Shown piece by piece: positions 37,021-45,484 of a DNA stretch of 64,000 nucleotides. The position numbers and the translations under genes were made by a program. This stretch comes from an uncultured Gammaproteobacteria bacterium (GTDB lineage Bacteria > Patescibacteriota > Microgenomatia > PFEM01 > JAPLYW01), in the NCBI GenBank assembly GCA_965230945.1, contig OZ246397.1, positions 374,284 to 438,283 on the forward strand, given 5' to 3'. Within the stretch, counting starts at the first letter, position 1. The number at the start of each line of letters is the position of its first letter. The notes under the pieces are model-generated. The model made no database searches, was not told the origin of the DNA, and saw only the letters and a program-made list of their open reading frames with translations.

Positions 37021-37070
37021 TTTCCTCTCTCAATTCCTGCACAAATCTAAAATCTTCAAAAACCTTGATA
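37021..37070 (+). repeat. 50-nt direct repeat R2 copy 1 (tttcctctctcaattcctgcacaaatctaaaatcttcaaaaaccttgata)
   Basis: 48/50 identical to the copy at 37991-38040. It starts 11 nt after a stop codon. Confidence 0.85.
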
Positions 37071-37135
37071 TAGGTAAAGCCCTTGATTTAGTAAATGGAC
37101 TTTATAAATCAGACTAACTTGAGTAGAATAAACAC

Positions 37136-37513
37136 ATGGTTAAAAACTTTCTTGCAGCATTAATTATTTTTCTTGGGATTGATTTTTTGTGGTTAGGGGT
37201 AATTGCCAAAAACTTCTATAATAAACATCTTGGAGCCTTTGAAAGAACTATTAGTTGGCCAGCCATTGTTTTGGTCTATCTACTTATTTCTCTAGGGATT
37301 GTGCTTTTTGTTTTGCCAAAGGTTGGTGGGAATGTAAAGCTGGCTCTTTTTTGGGGAGCGGTTTATGGTCTGATAGTCTATGGAGTGTATGACCTGACAA
37401 ACTTAGCCACTCTTAAAAATTGGTCATTAACAATGGTTATAACTGATATGCTTTGGGGAATGTTTATTTGTGGATTTACAAGTTTTGTTGTTACTTATTT
37501 TCTGAATAAATAA
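37136..37513 (+). CDS. DUF2177-family membrane protein
   Basis: FLAALIIFLGIDFLWLGVIAKNFYNKHLG pattern with four TM helices. Confidence 0.5.
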   Translation: MVKNFLAALIIFLGIDFLWLGVIAKNFYNKHLGAFERTISWPAIVLVYLLISLGIVLFVLPKVGGNVKLALFWGAVYGLIVYGVYDLTNLATLKNWSLTMVITDMLWGMFICGFTSFVVTYFLNK

Positions 37514-37514
37514 A

Positions 37515-37973
37515 ATGATTAAACTTATTGCCTCAATCATTGTCTGCCAACTAACTGGCATTATTGGAGCTATTTTTACTACTCCTTCTATTTCTGGTTG
37601 GTATGCCGGCCTTAACAAGCCTTTTTTTAATCCACCCAATTGGCTGTTTGGTCCAGTTTGGACACTGCTTTATTTATTAATGGGAATTTCCTTATATTTG
37701 GTTTGGAAACAAAAAGGTGGAGCAGAAATAAGAACAGCCTTAATCTTTTTTACGATTCAATTGGGGCTTAACACTCTTTGGTCAATAATCTTTTTTGGCA
37801 TGCGCTTACCTTCAGTTGCTTTTATTGAAATTCTTATTCTTTTGGTTTTTATAGTTTTAACTATCATCAAGTTTTTTCCGTTATCAAAAGTTTCAGCTTA
37901 TCTATTAATCCCTTATCTTTTATGGGTAAGTTTTGCGAGCCTTCTAAACTTTTACATTGTTAAGCTCAACTAG
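37515..37973 (+). CDS. TspO/MBR-family tryptophan-rich sensory protein (full length)
   Basis: 152 aa with 5 TM helices. Motifs NKPFFNPPNWLFGPVWTLLY and LNTLWSIIFF. Confidence 0.8.
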   Translation: MIKLIASIIVCQLTGIIGAIFTTPSISGWYAGLNKPFFNPPNWLFGPVWTLLYLLMGISLYLVWKQKGGAEIRTALIFFTIQLGLNTLWSIIFFGMRLPSVAFIEILILLVFIVLTIIKFFPLSKVSAYLLIPYLLWVSFASLLNFYIVKLN

Positions 37974-37990
37974 GGAACTTATTTTTGCTA

Positions 37991-38040
37991 TTTCCTCTCT
38001 CAATTCCTGCACAAACCTGAAATCTTCAAAAACCTTGATA
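37991..38040 (+). repeat. 50-nt direct repeat R2 copy 2
   Basis: tttcctctctcaattcctgcacaaacctgaaatcttcaaaaaccttgata. Confidence 0.85.
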
Positions 38041-38305
38041 ATATGGGAAAAACTCTTGGTTATATTAAGGTTACGCTCTTCGAGCTAGTTAGAACTTAAT
38101 ATACCTAAAAATTGAAAATTTATGCAAATACCTGATTTAACCAAAGTAACCTGGCACCAGAGGGGCCACGTTCAGGAAGGATAGTTCTTCTTTTTGGCTT
38201 GGCCAAACACGGTTGGTTGGAATTCCATACTTGGTTTTAAAGCTATCATCAATCTTTATATTTTTGTAAGAGTGGATTTGATAGATTTAATGCTGGAGAA
38301 CTTTT

Positions 38306-38575
38306 ATGTTTAAGAATATTATCGCCCCCGTTCAGGCGTGGTTGCTTTCTCAAGGACGATGTGATGGTTGTGGTATGTACCTAAGAGAAGAAAAGATGAG
38401 AAGACAAAAAAATGGAATAAAGAGAATATCTTGCAGGTGTGGGCGAGTGTTTGTCTATAACCAAAAAACAAAAAAATATCATCGAATTTCCCCAAGAACA
38501 GGCTTTTATAAAAAGAGAAGAAAGTTTAGAGAACCCAGTGTTAGAAGCAAGCCATTAGTTGTCATGGGTGAATGA
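38306..38575 (+). CDS. Small basic zinc-ribbon-like protein (89 aa)
   Basis: CDGCG...CRCGRVF cysteine pairs in a K/R-rich protein. Confidence 0.4.
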   Translation: MFKNIIAPVQAWLLSQGRCDGCGMYLREEKMRRQKNGIKRISCRCGRVFVYNQKTKKYHRISPRTGFYKKRRKFREPSVRSKPLVVMGE

Positions 38576-38660
38576 GGTATAAGTTAGGGCAAAGAAACGA
38601 TTAGGAGATGGACTCTTATGTTAAAATAATATTTTAGCGTTAGAGAGGATTAGATAAATC

Positions 38661-39335
38661 ATGAGAGTCTTATTAATAGAAGACAATATAGAATTAGCGG
38701 ATATTACTGCACTGAATTTAAAAAAACACGGTTTTGCTGTAGATGTAGCCTATTCGGGAGATGAGGCGCTTCGCCTGTTTGAAGGTAATGGGGAATATGA
38801 TGTTGTAATTTTGGATTTAATTCTGCCTGATATTGAGGGGACAAAACTATTGCAAGATTTAAAATCGATGGTACAGAGTATTCCAGTGCTAGCTTTAACT
38901 GCCAGAGATGGCGAGGAAGATAGGGTTAACGGCATCCAAATGGGCTTTGATGATTATATGACCAAGCCGTTCTCTCATTATGAGTTAGCGGCAAGACTGA
39001 GGTTATTGATTCGTTCGCGACCTCATCAAGCTGGCGAAATAATAAAAATAGGTCCTCTCCAAATAAATTATAAAGAACAAACCACACTCATGAATGGACT
39101 TTCGGTAAAACTTACCCTCAACGAATTTCGCTTACTCCATTTTTTAGTAGAACATAAAGGCCAAGTAGTACCGATTGAGAAACTTATAAAATCAGTGTGG
39201 GACAGGAATGGAACTAATGAAAACGGAAAAGTTATTACCACTGTTTCAAGAGTGCGGGCAAAGATTGGTGACCACCGGAAAAAGATCATTAGAACTTATA
39301 AGAATGGCTATATTTTAGGAGAAACCAATGGTTAA
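38661..39335 (+). CDS. OmpR-family two-component response regulator
   Basis: Receiver domain (LLIEDN...DVVILDLILPD...LTAR) plus a winged-helix C-terminal domain. Confidence 0.88.
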   Translation: MRVLLIEDNIELADITALNLKKHGFAVDVAYSGDEALRLFEGNGEYDVVILDLILPDIEGTKLLQDLKSMVQSIPVLALTARDGEEDRVNGIQMGFDDYMTKPFSHYELAARLRLLIRSRPHQAGEIIKIGPLQINYKEQTTLMNGLSVKLTLNEFRLLHFLVEHKGQVVPIEKLIKSVWDRNGTNENGKVITTVSRVRAKIGDHRKKIIRTYKNGYILGETNG

Positions 39336-40038
39336 AAAACTTTTATTCATTGAAGATGAAGAGGAGTTCGCCAAGGTAGTTGCTTCATATTTAAGGAAGA
39401 AGGGGTTTAGTATTGTTCATGCTTTTTCAGGGCAGCAAGGATTACGTGAGCTGCAAAAGAACTCATACGACCTGGTGATTTTAGATTTGGGCTTACCTGA
39501 TGAAGATGGACTTAAGATGTGCGAAAAAATTAGAGAGAAAGAAACAACCCCAATTCTTATTCTTACCGCTAGGGATGGGTTTGAGGACAAAGTAGCCGGG
39601 CTTAACTTGGGTGCTGATGATTACCTAGTGAAGCCTGTTTCTCTAAGAGAGCTTGTGGTTAGGATCGAGCGAGTGCTTGATAGGGATTTGAAGACTAAAT
39701 TTCGTTCTTCAGTTTTTCAATTTGGGGGGCTAAAGTTCGACACAGTCACAGGTAAATTAACCTTAGAAGGTAAATCTGTGATGCTGACAAGAAAAGAAAA
39801 AACGGTTTTGGAGTATCTATTTCTGAAGAAAGGACAAGTCTTAACCAGAATGGAAATTATGGACCATGTTTGGGGTGACGATATTGATTTGTTGTCAAAC
39901 ATGCCCAATATGGTAATAAGTTCTCTGAGAAGGAAGTTGGAACGGCTGTCTAGGAGGAATTTTATCCAATCGGTACATGGGCTAGGATATAAGTTTGAGA
40001 TTGAAGGTTTGAGCAGTAGGGAGAAAAAACATGACTGA
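39328..40038 (+). CDS. OmpR-family two-component response regulator (second, tandem)
   Basis: Receiver domain (LLFIEDEEE...DLVILDLGLPDEDG...LTARD) plus a winged helix. Confidence 0.88.
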   Translation: MVKKLLFIEDEEEFAKVVASYLRKKGFSIVHAFSGQQGLRELQKNSYDLVILDLGLPDEDGLKMCEKIREKETTPILILTARDGFEDKVAGLNLGADDYLVKPVSLRELVVRIERVLDRDLKTKFRSSVFQFGGLKFDTVTGKLTLEGKSVMLTRKEKTVLEYLFLKKGQVLTRMEIMDHVWGDDIDLLSNMPNMVISSLRRKLERLSRRNFIQSVHGLGYKFEIEGLSSREKKHD

Positions 40039-41872
40039 TAAAGAACGAGTGCGCGATCTGATTGAAATAATCCACTTTACAGAGAATGTTTCTACGAAGA
40101 TATGTAACGTATTGGACGAAATGGAGATTTATAGAACCGTGATAGAGGAATTTAAAAAATCAAAACGGTACTCCACCAGCATTGCGTTGTTAACAGATGA
40201 CAAGTCAAAGCTAAGGATCGTGGGGATATCATTAACTTCTGAGAAGCTGAAGAGAAGGGAAAGGGCGGTCGGGCTCCAGTTGAAAAAGTACCAAATCGAC
40301 TTAGGTAAATCAAGTATCTACCGTCAGGTCGTAAGGGAAGGAAAAACTATCCAAGCCAAGGATAGCGATATAATAGACGAGTTGCTTCCACAACCACTAG
40401 CCTATCTAATATCAAAAACAATGGGCTATGAGAAGAAGAGAAGTATCTTGACGCCCTTGAGACGGAATAGAGAAATTATAGGTGTCTTCGCTATGTCTTC
40501 CACAGAACTGTCAGATTGTTTGATTCCCTCTGTGAAGAATTTCACCCGACACATTTCGGCTGCTCTGGAGTTAGCTGATGAATGTGCCCAGCGCAAGCGA
40601 ATAGAAGAAGCCCTGCGAAAAGCTCATAGTGAGTTAGAAAGGAAGGTTGAGGAGCGAACTACGGAACTTTTAAAATCCAATTTGCTTCTGAAACAGGAGA
40701 TTGCCGAACGTAAACGGGCAGAAAAAGCCTTAGGAGAGAGTGAAAAGCGTTACCGCATACTTGCCGAGTCAGCAGAGGATTTTATTTTTATAGTCAGTAG
40801 TAAGGGGCATATCCAGTATCTTAACTCTTCAGCTGCGAGGATATTAAAATCTTCGGTGAAAAAGATTACCTGTAAGTCTATAGAAGAAATTTTTCCCTTA
40901 AAGGAATTCAAAAAATTTAAAAACAATCTGAAATTGGTTTTTAAATTGGGCAAACCTATTTTAACCATTGGTAAGATAACTATAAATAACAAAAAACTCT
41001 GGCTGGAGACTCGGTTAGCACCCTTCATAAATAATGGAAAGATAGAAGCAGTGATGGGTATCTCACGGGACATAACGGAACACAAACAGGCAGAGAGGGC
41101 GTTAAAAAAGAGCAAAGAACAGCTTAAGGCGTACTCCGAGGTTTTGGAAAAAACAGTTGAAGAAAGAACAGAGAGATTAAGCCTCATCGTTGAGTCTCAA
41201 AAGGAATTTATCGCTGGAGTCGGCCATGAAATAAGAACTCCTCTCTCAGTTATAAAAGCAGTCATCGAGGCGGGGTTGGATGGTAACGGTGTCCTCTTTA
41301 CAACTGAACAATTAACCCTTGTGGATAAGAAGGTAGATCAAATTACAAAGATTCTAAAAAACTTACTATTAATGTCTAGGCTGGATCTCGGTCAAGAACA
41401 AGTTCAAAAAACAACATTTAAGATGGAGTACTTAATGAAAGAAGTTTTAAGTGATGTAGTTAGTGAAGTTGAAAGAAACGGTATAAATCCAGATGTAAAG
41501 ATTAGTTGCCGCAAAGATATTAAGCTAGTTGGTGATAGGGAGAAATTATATATAGTGATGAGAAATTTACTAAATAATGCAGTATCCCATTCGGATTATA
41601 AACCCCGTATTTCTTTGAAAGTAGAAAGATATGAGGATAGCATTCAAATAACTATTAAGGATAATAATCAGCCATTACTAAAGGAAGAGCTACCAAAACT
41701 TTTTGAGAAGTTTTATAGAATCAAAAAAACGAAAAATAGAAGCTCTAGTTTAGGACTGGGATTATATATTTCTAAAAAACTGGTTGAGCTTATGGGGGGT
41801 AAAATCTGTGCGGAAAGTAAAAACGATGGTAATAGTTTCGTTGTCCAGCTCCCGATTCCCCAAGTCTCCTGA
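40031..41872 (+). CDS. Sensor histidine kinase (cytoplasmic; sensory + PAS + HisKA + HATPase_c)
   Basis: H-box FIAGVGHEIRTPLSVI, N-box LLNNAVSH and G-box GLGLYISKKLVELMGGKI. There are no TM helices. Confidence 0.85.
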   Translation: MTDKERVRDLIEIIHFTENVSTKICNVLDEMEIYRTVIEEFKKSKRYSTSIALLTDDKSKLRIVGISLTSEKLKRRERAVGLQLKKYQIDLGKSSIYRQVVREGKTIQAKDSDIIDELLPQPLAYLISKTMGYEKKRSILTPLRRNREIIGVFAMSSTELSDCLIPSVKNFTRHISAALELADECAQRKRIEEALRKAHSELERKVEERTTELLKSNLLLKQEIAERKRAEKALGESEKRYRILAESAEDFIFIVSSKGHIQYLNSSAARILKSSVKKITCKSIEEIFPLKEFKKFKNNLKLVFKLGKPILTIGKITINNKKLWLETRLAPFINNGKIEAVMGISRDITEHKQAERALKKSKEQLKAYSEVLEKTVEERTERLSLIVESQKEFIAGVGHEIRTPLSVIKAVIEAGLDGNGVLFTTEQLTLVDKKVDQITKILKNLLLMSRLDLGQEQVQKTTFKMEYLMKEVLSDVVSEVERNGINPDVKISCRKDIKLVGDREKLYIVMRNLLNNAVSHSDYKPRISLKVERYEDSIQITIKDNNQPLLKEELPKLFEKFYRIKKTKNRSSSLGLGLYISKKLVELMGGKICAESKNDGNSFVVQLPIPQVS

Positions 41873-42245
41873 GAGAGGAAACCAATCAATATAGTCTCCT
41901 TTATACTTTTGTAAGGACTGTTTTGGGATACTTCGTAGTATGAGTAGAAGAACAATGGCCACAGCAACTCCTAGAAGCTTTAATATCCCAATAGACAAGT
42001 TAACTAAGAAAACTGGAGTCACTTCTTTGATTGAGACAAAGATTTCCAAAAATATCCCTCGCAGGGTGAAAGAAAGTCTTTTTGCCCAAATTATAATGTT
42101 TCTTTTTCATGAACCCTTATGAGTTGCCGTCTTAAAATCTGATTCAAAATTGCGGGTCCCAGGTTGGAATACAACCCACCCCAGGTTTTGGGGAGACATT
42201 AAAAACAAGACTTCCTACTTGGGACCCGGTTGATTGTTGTGAGAA

Positions 42246-42277
42246 GACTAGTTCGAACATCGTCCACGATAGGGAAG
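42246..42277 (+). repeat. Island repeat copy K (most degenerate; candidate distal island boundary)
   Basis: gactagttcgaacatcgtccacgatagggaag. Confidence 0.7.
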
Positions 42278-42436
42278 TATAAAATAAAACCAGGCTTAGA
42301 TGATTTTTGGCTTTAAAATAGTTGCTTATTTCTTTTTTTTAGTTTTTTTGATACAATTTGTCGTTGTAAATATTTTTGAGTAGTTTTCTTTCGGCTTCTA
42401 TAGTTTCCAGAGAAGCCTTCTCAATTAGGAAAGGAG

Positions 42437-42700
42437 GTGAATAAATTGAATAGTAAACTCTATGTTGGCAATCTTGATTATGCTCTTACTGGTGATCAGT
42501 TAGGAGAATTATTCGCTCAGGCAGGTAAAGTTGTAAGTGCTGTCGTCATTAGTGATAAATACTCAGGTCGATCAAAAGGTTTCGGCTTCGTTGAAATGAG
42601 TAGCGAAGAAGAAGCAAAAAAAGCAATCGAAATGTTTAATGAAAAAGAATTTCAAGGACGAAATATGGTGGTAAATGAAGCTCGACCACAAAAGGTTTAA
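42437..42700 (+). CDS. RNA-binding protein (single RRM domain)
   Basis: RNP motifs LYVGNL (RNP2) and KGFGFVEM (RNP1). Confidence 0.88.
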   Translation: MNKLNSKLYVGNLDYALTGDQLGELFAQAGKVVSAVVISDKYSGRSKGFGFVEMSSEEEAKKAIEMFNEKEFQGRNMVVNEARPQKV

Positions 42701-42896
42701 ATCAATTAGCTCCACGTTCAAATATTCCTTAACTTAGACTCAAGACTTGTTTCCATCTTCCTTTATGATAGGAAGTGGTTAGGTGCTGGCATTAACATTG
42801 CTTAAGTTTTATAAAATTGCCTGTTGAGGTAAAATAAAAGCTGATAGAAAACGAAAACCCTTTTTATAAAATAGAAATTTTAGTATACTAAGTTAA

Positions 42897-43181
42897 ATGG
42901 TCAAAAGAAGTTGGGAATTTAAATTAATTATTATTTTAATCTTATTAGTGATTGCTGGTGGAACTTGTCTTTATTTTTGGTACGGCGGTACTAGTAAACT
43001 ACGTCAGGAAGCTAGGGAAGTGATTAAAGAGGCAAAAAGCTATATTGCTCTAAAGGAATATCTTGGTCAGGAATACGATCGTTGTCAGGAATTTATTGCT
43101 CAAAAAGAAGGTGACTTTGGTAGCTTTCAATATTGTCAGGGCTTTATTGAATGGGCAAATGAAGCTCCTCTGCTTGATTAA
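42897..43181 (+). CDS. Small membrane-anchored protein (94 aa)
   Basis: N-terminal TM helix followed by a soluble domain with a Cys pair. Confidence 0.4.
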   Translation: MVKRSWEFKLIIILILLVIAGGTCLYFWYGGTSKLRQEAREVIKEAKSYIALKEYLGQEYDRCQEFIAQKEGDFGSFQYCQGFIEWANEAPLLD

Positions 43182-43702
43182 ATTCTTCCGTAGTCATCTT
43201 GGATTCTTATTTCGTCTTCTTCATTAGAGGGGTTTTGAGGATCAAGATGTTCCCATATTTCCGCTACCAAGCCATAATTATCATTTAAGCCAACTAAACG
43301 ATGCCTTTTTCTATCTGGAATTTTAATCACTTCTCCTTCTTTTTTAATTTCCATTTGTTCTTGAGGCGGGATTTCATCGGTGTCGTTTAGAAGAACTCCT
43401 ACGGGAGATAATATCTTCCAGATTTCTGATCTTCTTTTATGCCATTGCCACGAAAGACGTTGTTTTGGGGCGATAAGTAATATTTTAGGACTTAAATTTA
43501 ATGTTTGTTTTTCTATTTTAGGGAAGAATAGAGATAAAAAGAGATCTAATTTTTCGACTTTGATATTCCAGAAGGCCCCCCAGGGACGCTGAAGGTCTTT
43601 TTTAGTAAAGTCCAGACCGATTTCTTTAAGCCAGGTTTCTATTTTTTTAATAGCTTCTTGTTTGGGGATCTTTGCAAATTGAGGGATATTTACTTTTTCC
43701 AT
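43178..43702 (-). CDS. Hypothetical protein (174 aa)
   Basis: ORF convergent with 42897. Confidence 0.45.
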   Translation of the reverse strand: MEKVNIPQFAKIPKQEAIKKIETWLKEIGLDFTKKDLQRPWGAFWNIKVEKLDLFLSLFFPKIEKQTLNLSPKILLIAPKQRLSWQWHKRRSEIWKILSPVGVLLNDTDEIPPQEQMEIKKEGEVIKIPDRKRHRLVGLNDNYGLVAEIWEHLDPQNPSNEEDEIRIQDDYGRI

Positions 43703-43768
43703 GCTTTTTATTATAGCATGGGTATTGCAGAATAGTAGGTAATCACTGTACCATATAGAGAAATTAGT

Positions 43769-44344
43769 ATGAAAAGAAAAGTAAGTTTAATCTTAGTTAG
43801 ACACGGCGAAACTAAAGGCAATGTCAATGATATTTTAATAGGTCATGGTGATAGTCCGTTTACCGAATTAGGCAAGAAACAAAATAGGGCAGTGGCTAGA
43901 CAGTTGAAAAAAGAAAAGATTAATGCTCTTTATTCTTCTCCTTTAGGTAGGGCTGAAAAAACAGCCGAAATAATTGTAGAGGAACTAGACGGTTTAAAAA
44001 TTAAGATAGAGCCTCTTCTGATAGAGAGAGATTTTGGTGCTTTGACCGGTAAACATAAAAACGAAATGTCTAAATATAGTTCTAAAATTCTTAAAAGAGA
44101 CAAAGTTGATTATTTTTTAGAGGCTAAAAATTCAGAGACGTTCCCTCAACTGTTAAAAAGAGCATATAAAGTAGTAGAAAAGATGGAGAAAAACTACCCT
44201 CGTCAAACAGTTTTACTAGTTACCCATGGGGATATCGGTAAAATGATTCAAGCTGCTTATTATGGCTGGGATTGGCAAAAAGGAATAGAGGCTCCTTACT
44301 TTGGTCACGATGATATTTTGAAGCTAATTCCCAAGAATGAGTAA
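43769..44344 (+). CDS. Histidine phosphatase family protein (phosphoglycerate mutase-like)
   Basis: Canonical LILVRHGETKGN and SSPLGRAEKTAEI motifs; HGD near the C-terminus. Confidence 0.8.
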   Translation: MKRKVSLILVRHGETKGNVNDILIGHGDSPFTELGKKQNRAVARQLKKEKINALYSSPLGRAEKTAEIIVEELDGLKIKIEPLLIERDFGALTGKHKNEMSKYSSKILKRDKVDYFLEAKNSETFPQLLKRAYKVVEKMEKNYPRQTVLLVTHGDIGKMIQAAYYGWDWQKGIEAPYFGHDDILKLIPKNE

Positions 44345-44963
44345 AACTTTTTTGATTTTTGATTTTGATGGTACTCTTGCTCAGACTCTAGATATGGTTG
44401 TTGAGATTTTAAGGCCGATGGCCAAAGAATTTGGTTTAAAGGAGGTTAGTGATAAAGATATCAAGGCGTTTAGGGAAAAAGGGATAAAGCAGATTATTAA
44501 AGAATTTAAGATTCCTTTAATTAAAGTTCCTATCATTATCAAGAGAGTAAAAGATAAACTAAACAAAGAGACTGAGAACCTGAGTACTTTTGATGGTATA
44601 AAAGAAACCTTAAATGAGCTTAAAAAAAAGAATTATGGTTTGGGGATACTTACTTCTAATTCTGAAGACAATGTAAAAATGTTTCTTAAGAAAAATGATC
44701 TTGACCTTTTTGACTTTATTTATTCTGATAGCAGTCTTTTTGGTAAAGACAAGGTTTTAAAAAAACTTTTTAAAAATCGTAACTTAAAAACAAATCAGGT
44801 GGTTTATTTTGGTGATGAGGTTAGAGATATTCAGGCAGCTTTTAAGTTAAAAATAAAAATGGTTGCCGTTAGTTGGGGCTTTAATACTAAGCGTCTTTTA
44901 ACCAGCTATAAACCTACTTATTTAGTTGAGAATCCTTCTCAAATTCTCCGTCTTTTTAGTTAG
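44337..44963 (+). CDS. HAD-superfamily hydrolase
   Basis: Motif I FLIFDFDGTLAQT and downstream ILTSN and GDEVRD motifs. Confidence 0.8.
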   Translation: MSKTFLIFDFDGTLAQTLDMVVEILRPMAKEFGLKEVSDKDIKAFREKGIKQIIKEFKIPLIKVPIIIKRVKDKLNKETENLSTFDGIKETLNELKKKNYGLGILTSNSEDNVKMFLKKNDLDLFDFIYSDSSLFGKDKVLKKLFKNRNLKTNQVVYFGDEVRDIQAAFKLKIKMVAVSWGFNTKRLLTSYKPTYLVENPSQILRLFS

Positions 44964-45006
44964 GTTTAAATTTGTTATCATTTATTATTAAGTTTTAAGA
45001 AGAGAA

Positions 45007-45480
45007 ATGATTTTTTCTAAAGAATTAATGACTTTTTTAGGTTCGATGGTTCCCATTGGGGAATTAAGAACTTCAATTCCCCTAGCTTTAAAGGCGGGAT
45101 TGTCTCCGCTACAAGCTTTCTCCTGGTCGGTTTTGGGCAATGTCGTTATTGGTTTTATACTTTTAATGATCCTTAATCCTTTATCAAGATTTTTAGAGAG
45201 ACATTTTTATTTACTTAATCGTTTTTTTAGTTGGCTTTTTGAACGCACCAGGAAAAGACATAGTCAAAAGATTGAAAATTGGGGAGCAGTAGCTTTGGTT
45301 GGTTTTGTCGGTATTCCATTGCCGATGACGGGTGTTTGGACGGGTTCTTTGGCAGCCTTTGTCTTTGGTATCCCCTTTAAAAAAGCCTTTCCTGCCATTA
45401 TTTTAGGAGCTTTAATTGCAGGAATAATCGTTGTCTTAGTTAGCTTGGGGGCGGTTAGTCTCAAACAAGCCTTATTTTAA
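45007..45480 (+). CDS. Small polytopic membrane protein (COG2426-like putative small multidrug export family)
   Basis: MVPIGELRTSIPLALKAGLSP pattern. Confidence 0.4.
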   Translation: MIFSKELMTFLGSMVPIGELRTSIPLALKAGLSPLQAFSWSVLGNVVIGFILLMILNPLSRFLERHFYLLNRFFSWLFERTRKRHSQKIENWGAVALVGFVGIPLPMTGVWTGSLAAFVFGIPFKKAFPAIILGALIAGIIVVLVSLGAVSLKQALF

Positions 45481-45484
45481 AACC

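Noticed and set aside
36859-37050. ORF 36859-37050(+)
   Set aside because: It runs in an alternative frame across the end of gene 36690-37010 and into repeat R2, with no support. Other short track ORFs were likewise treated as spurious and not called: 33659-33928(-), 33719-33967(+), 34252-34464(-), 35448-35645(-), 35491-35721(+), 36677-36910(-), 37427-37639(-), 38750-38935(-), 39068-39289(-), 39717-39908(-), 40750-41187(-), 41713-42122, 43380-43592(+), 44381-44566(-), 45264-45464(-), 50177-50437(-), 51051-51311(-), 51609-51914(-), 52588-52869(-), 53518-53742(-), 56846-57076(-), 58507-58692(+), 58918-59148(+), 59424-59642(+), 60465-60761(+), 61115-61318(+), 62038-62241(+), 62671-62859(-), 19420-19659(+), 21734-21937(-), 24032-24259(-), 24539-24727(-), 27467-27709(+), 31956-32180(-), 15073-15285(+).
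30150-42277. CRISPR array interpretation of the 32-nt repeats
   Set aside because: The inter-repeat distances are 600-1200 bp and contain whole protein-coding genes. The repeats are not regularly spaced. No cas genes are present. The pattern does not fit CRISPR.
29770-42300. Classical integron (intI-attI-attC) or diversity-generating retroelement
   Set aside because: No integron integrase, reverse transcriptase or template/variable repeat pair is present in the window. The repeats resemble a tRNA 3' end rather than attC. They are therefore reported as an integron-like tRNA-anchored cassette array, not as a canonical integron.
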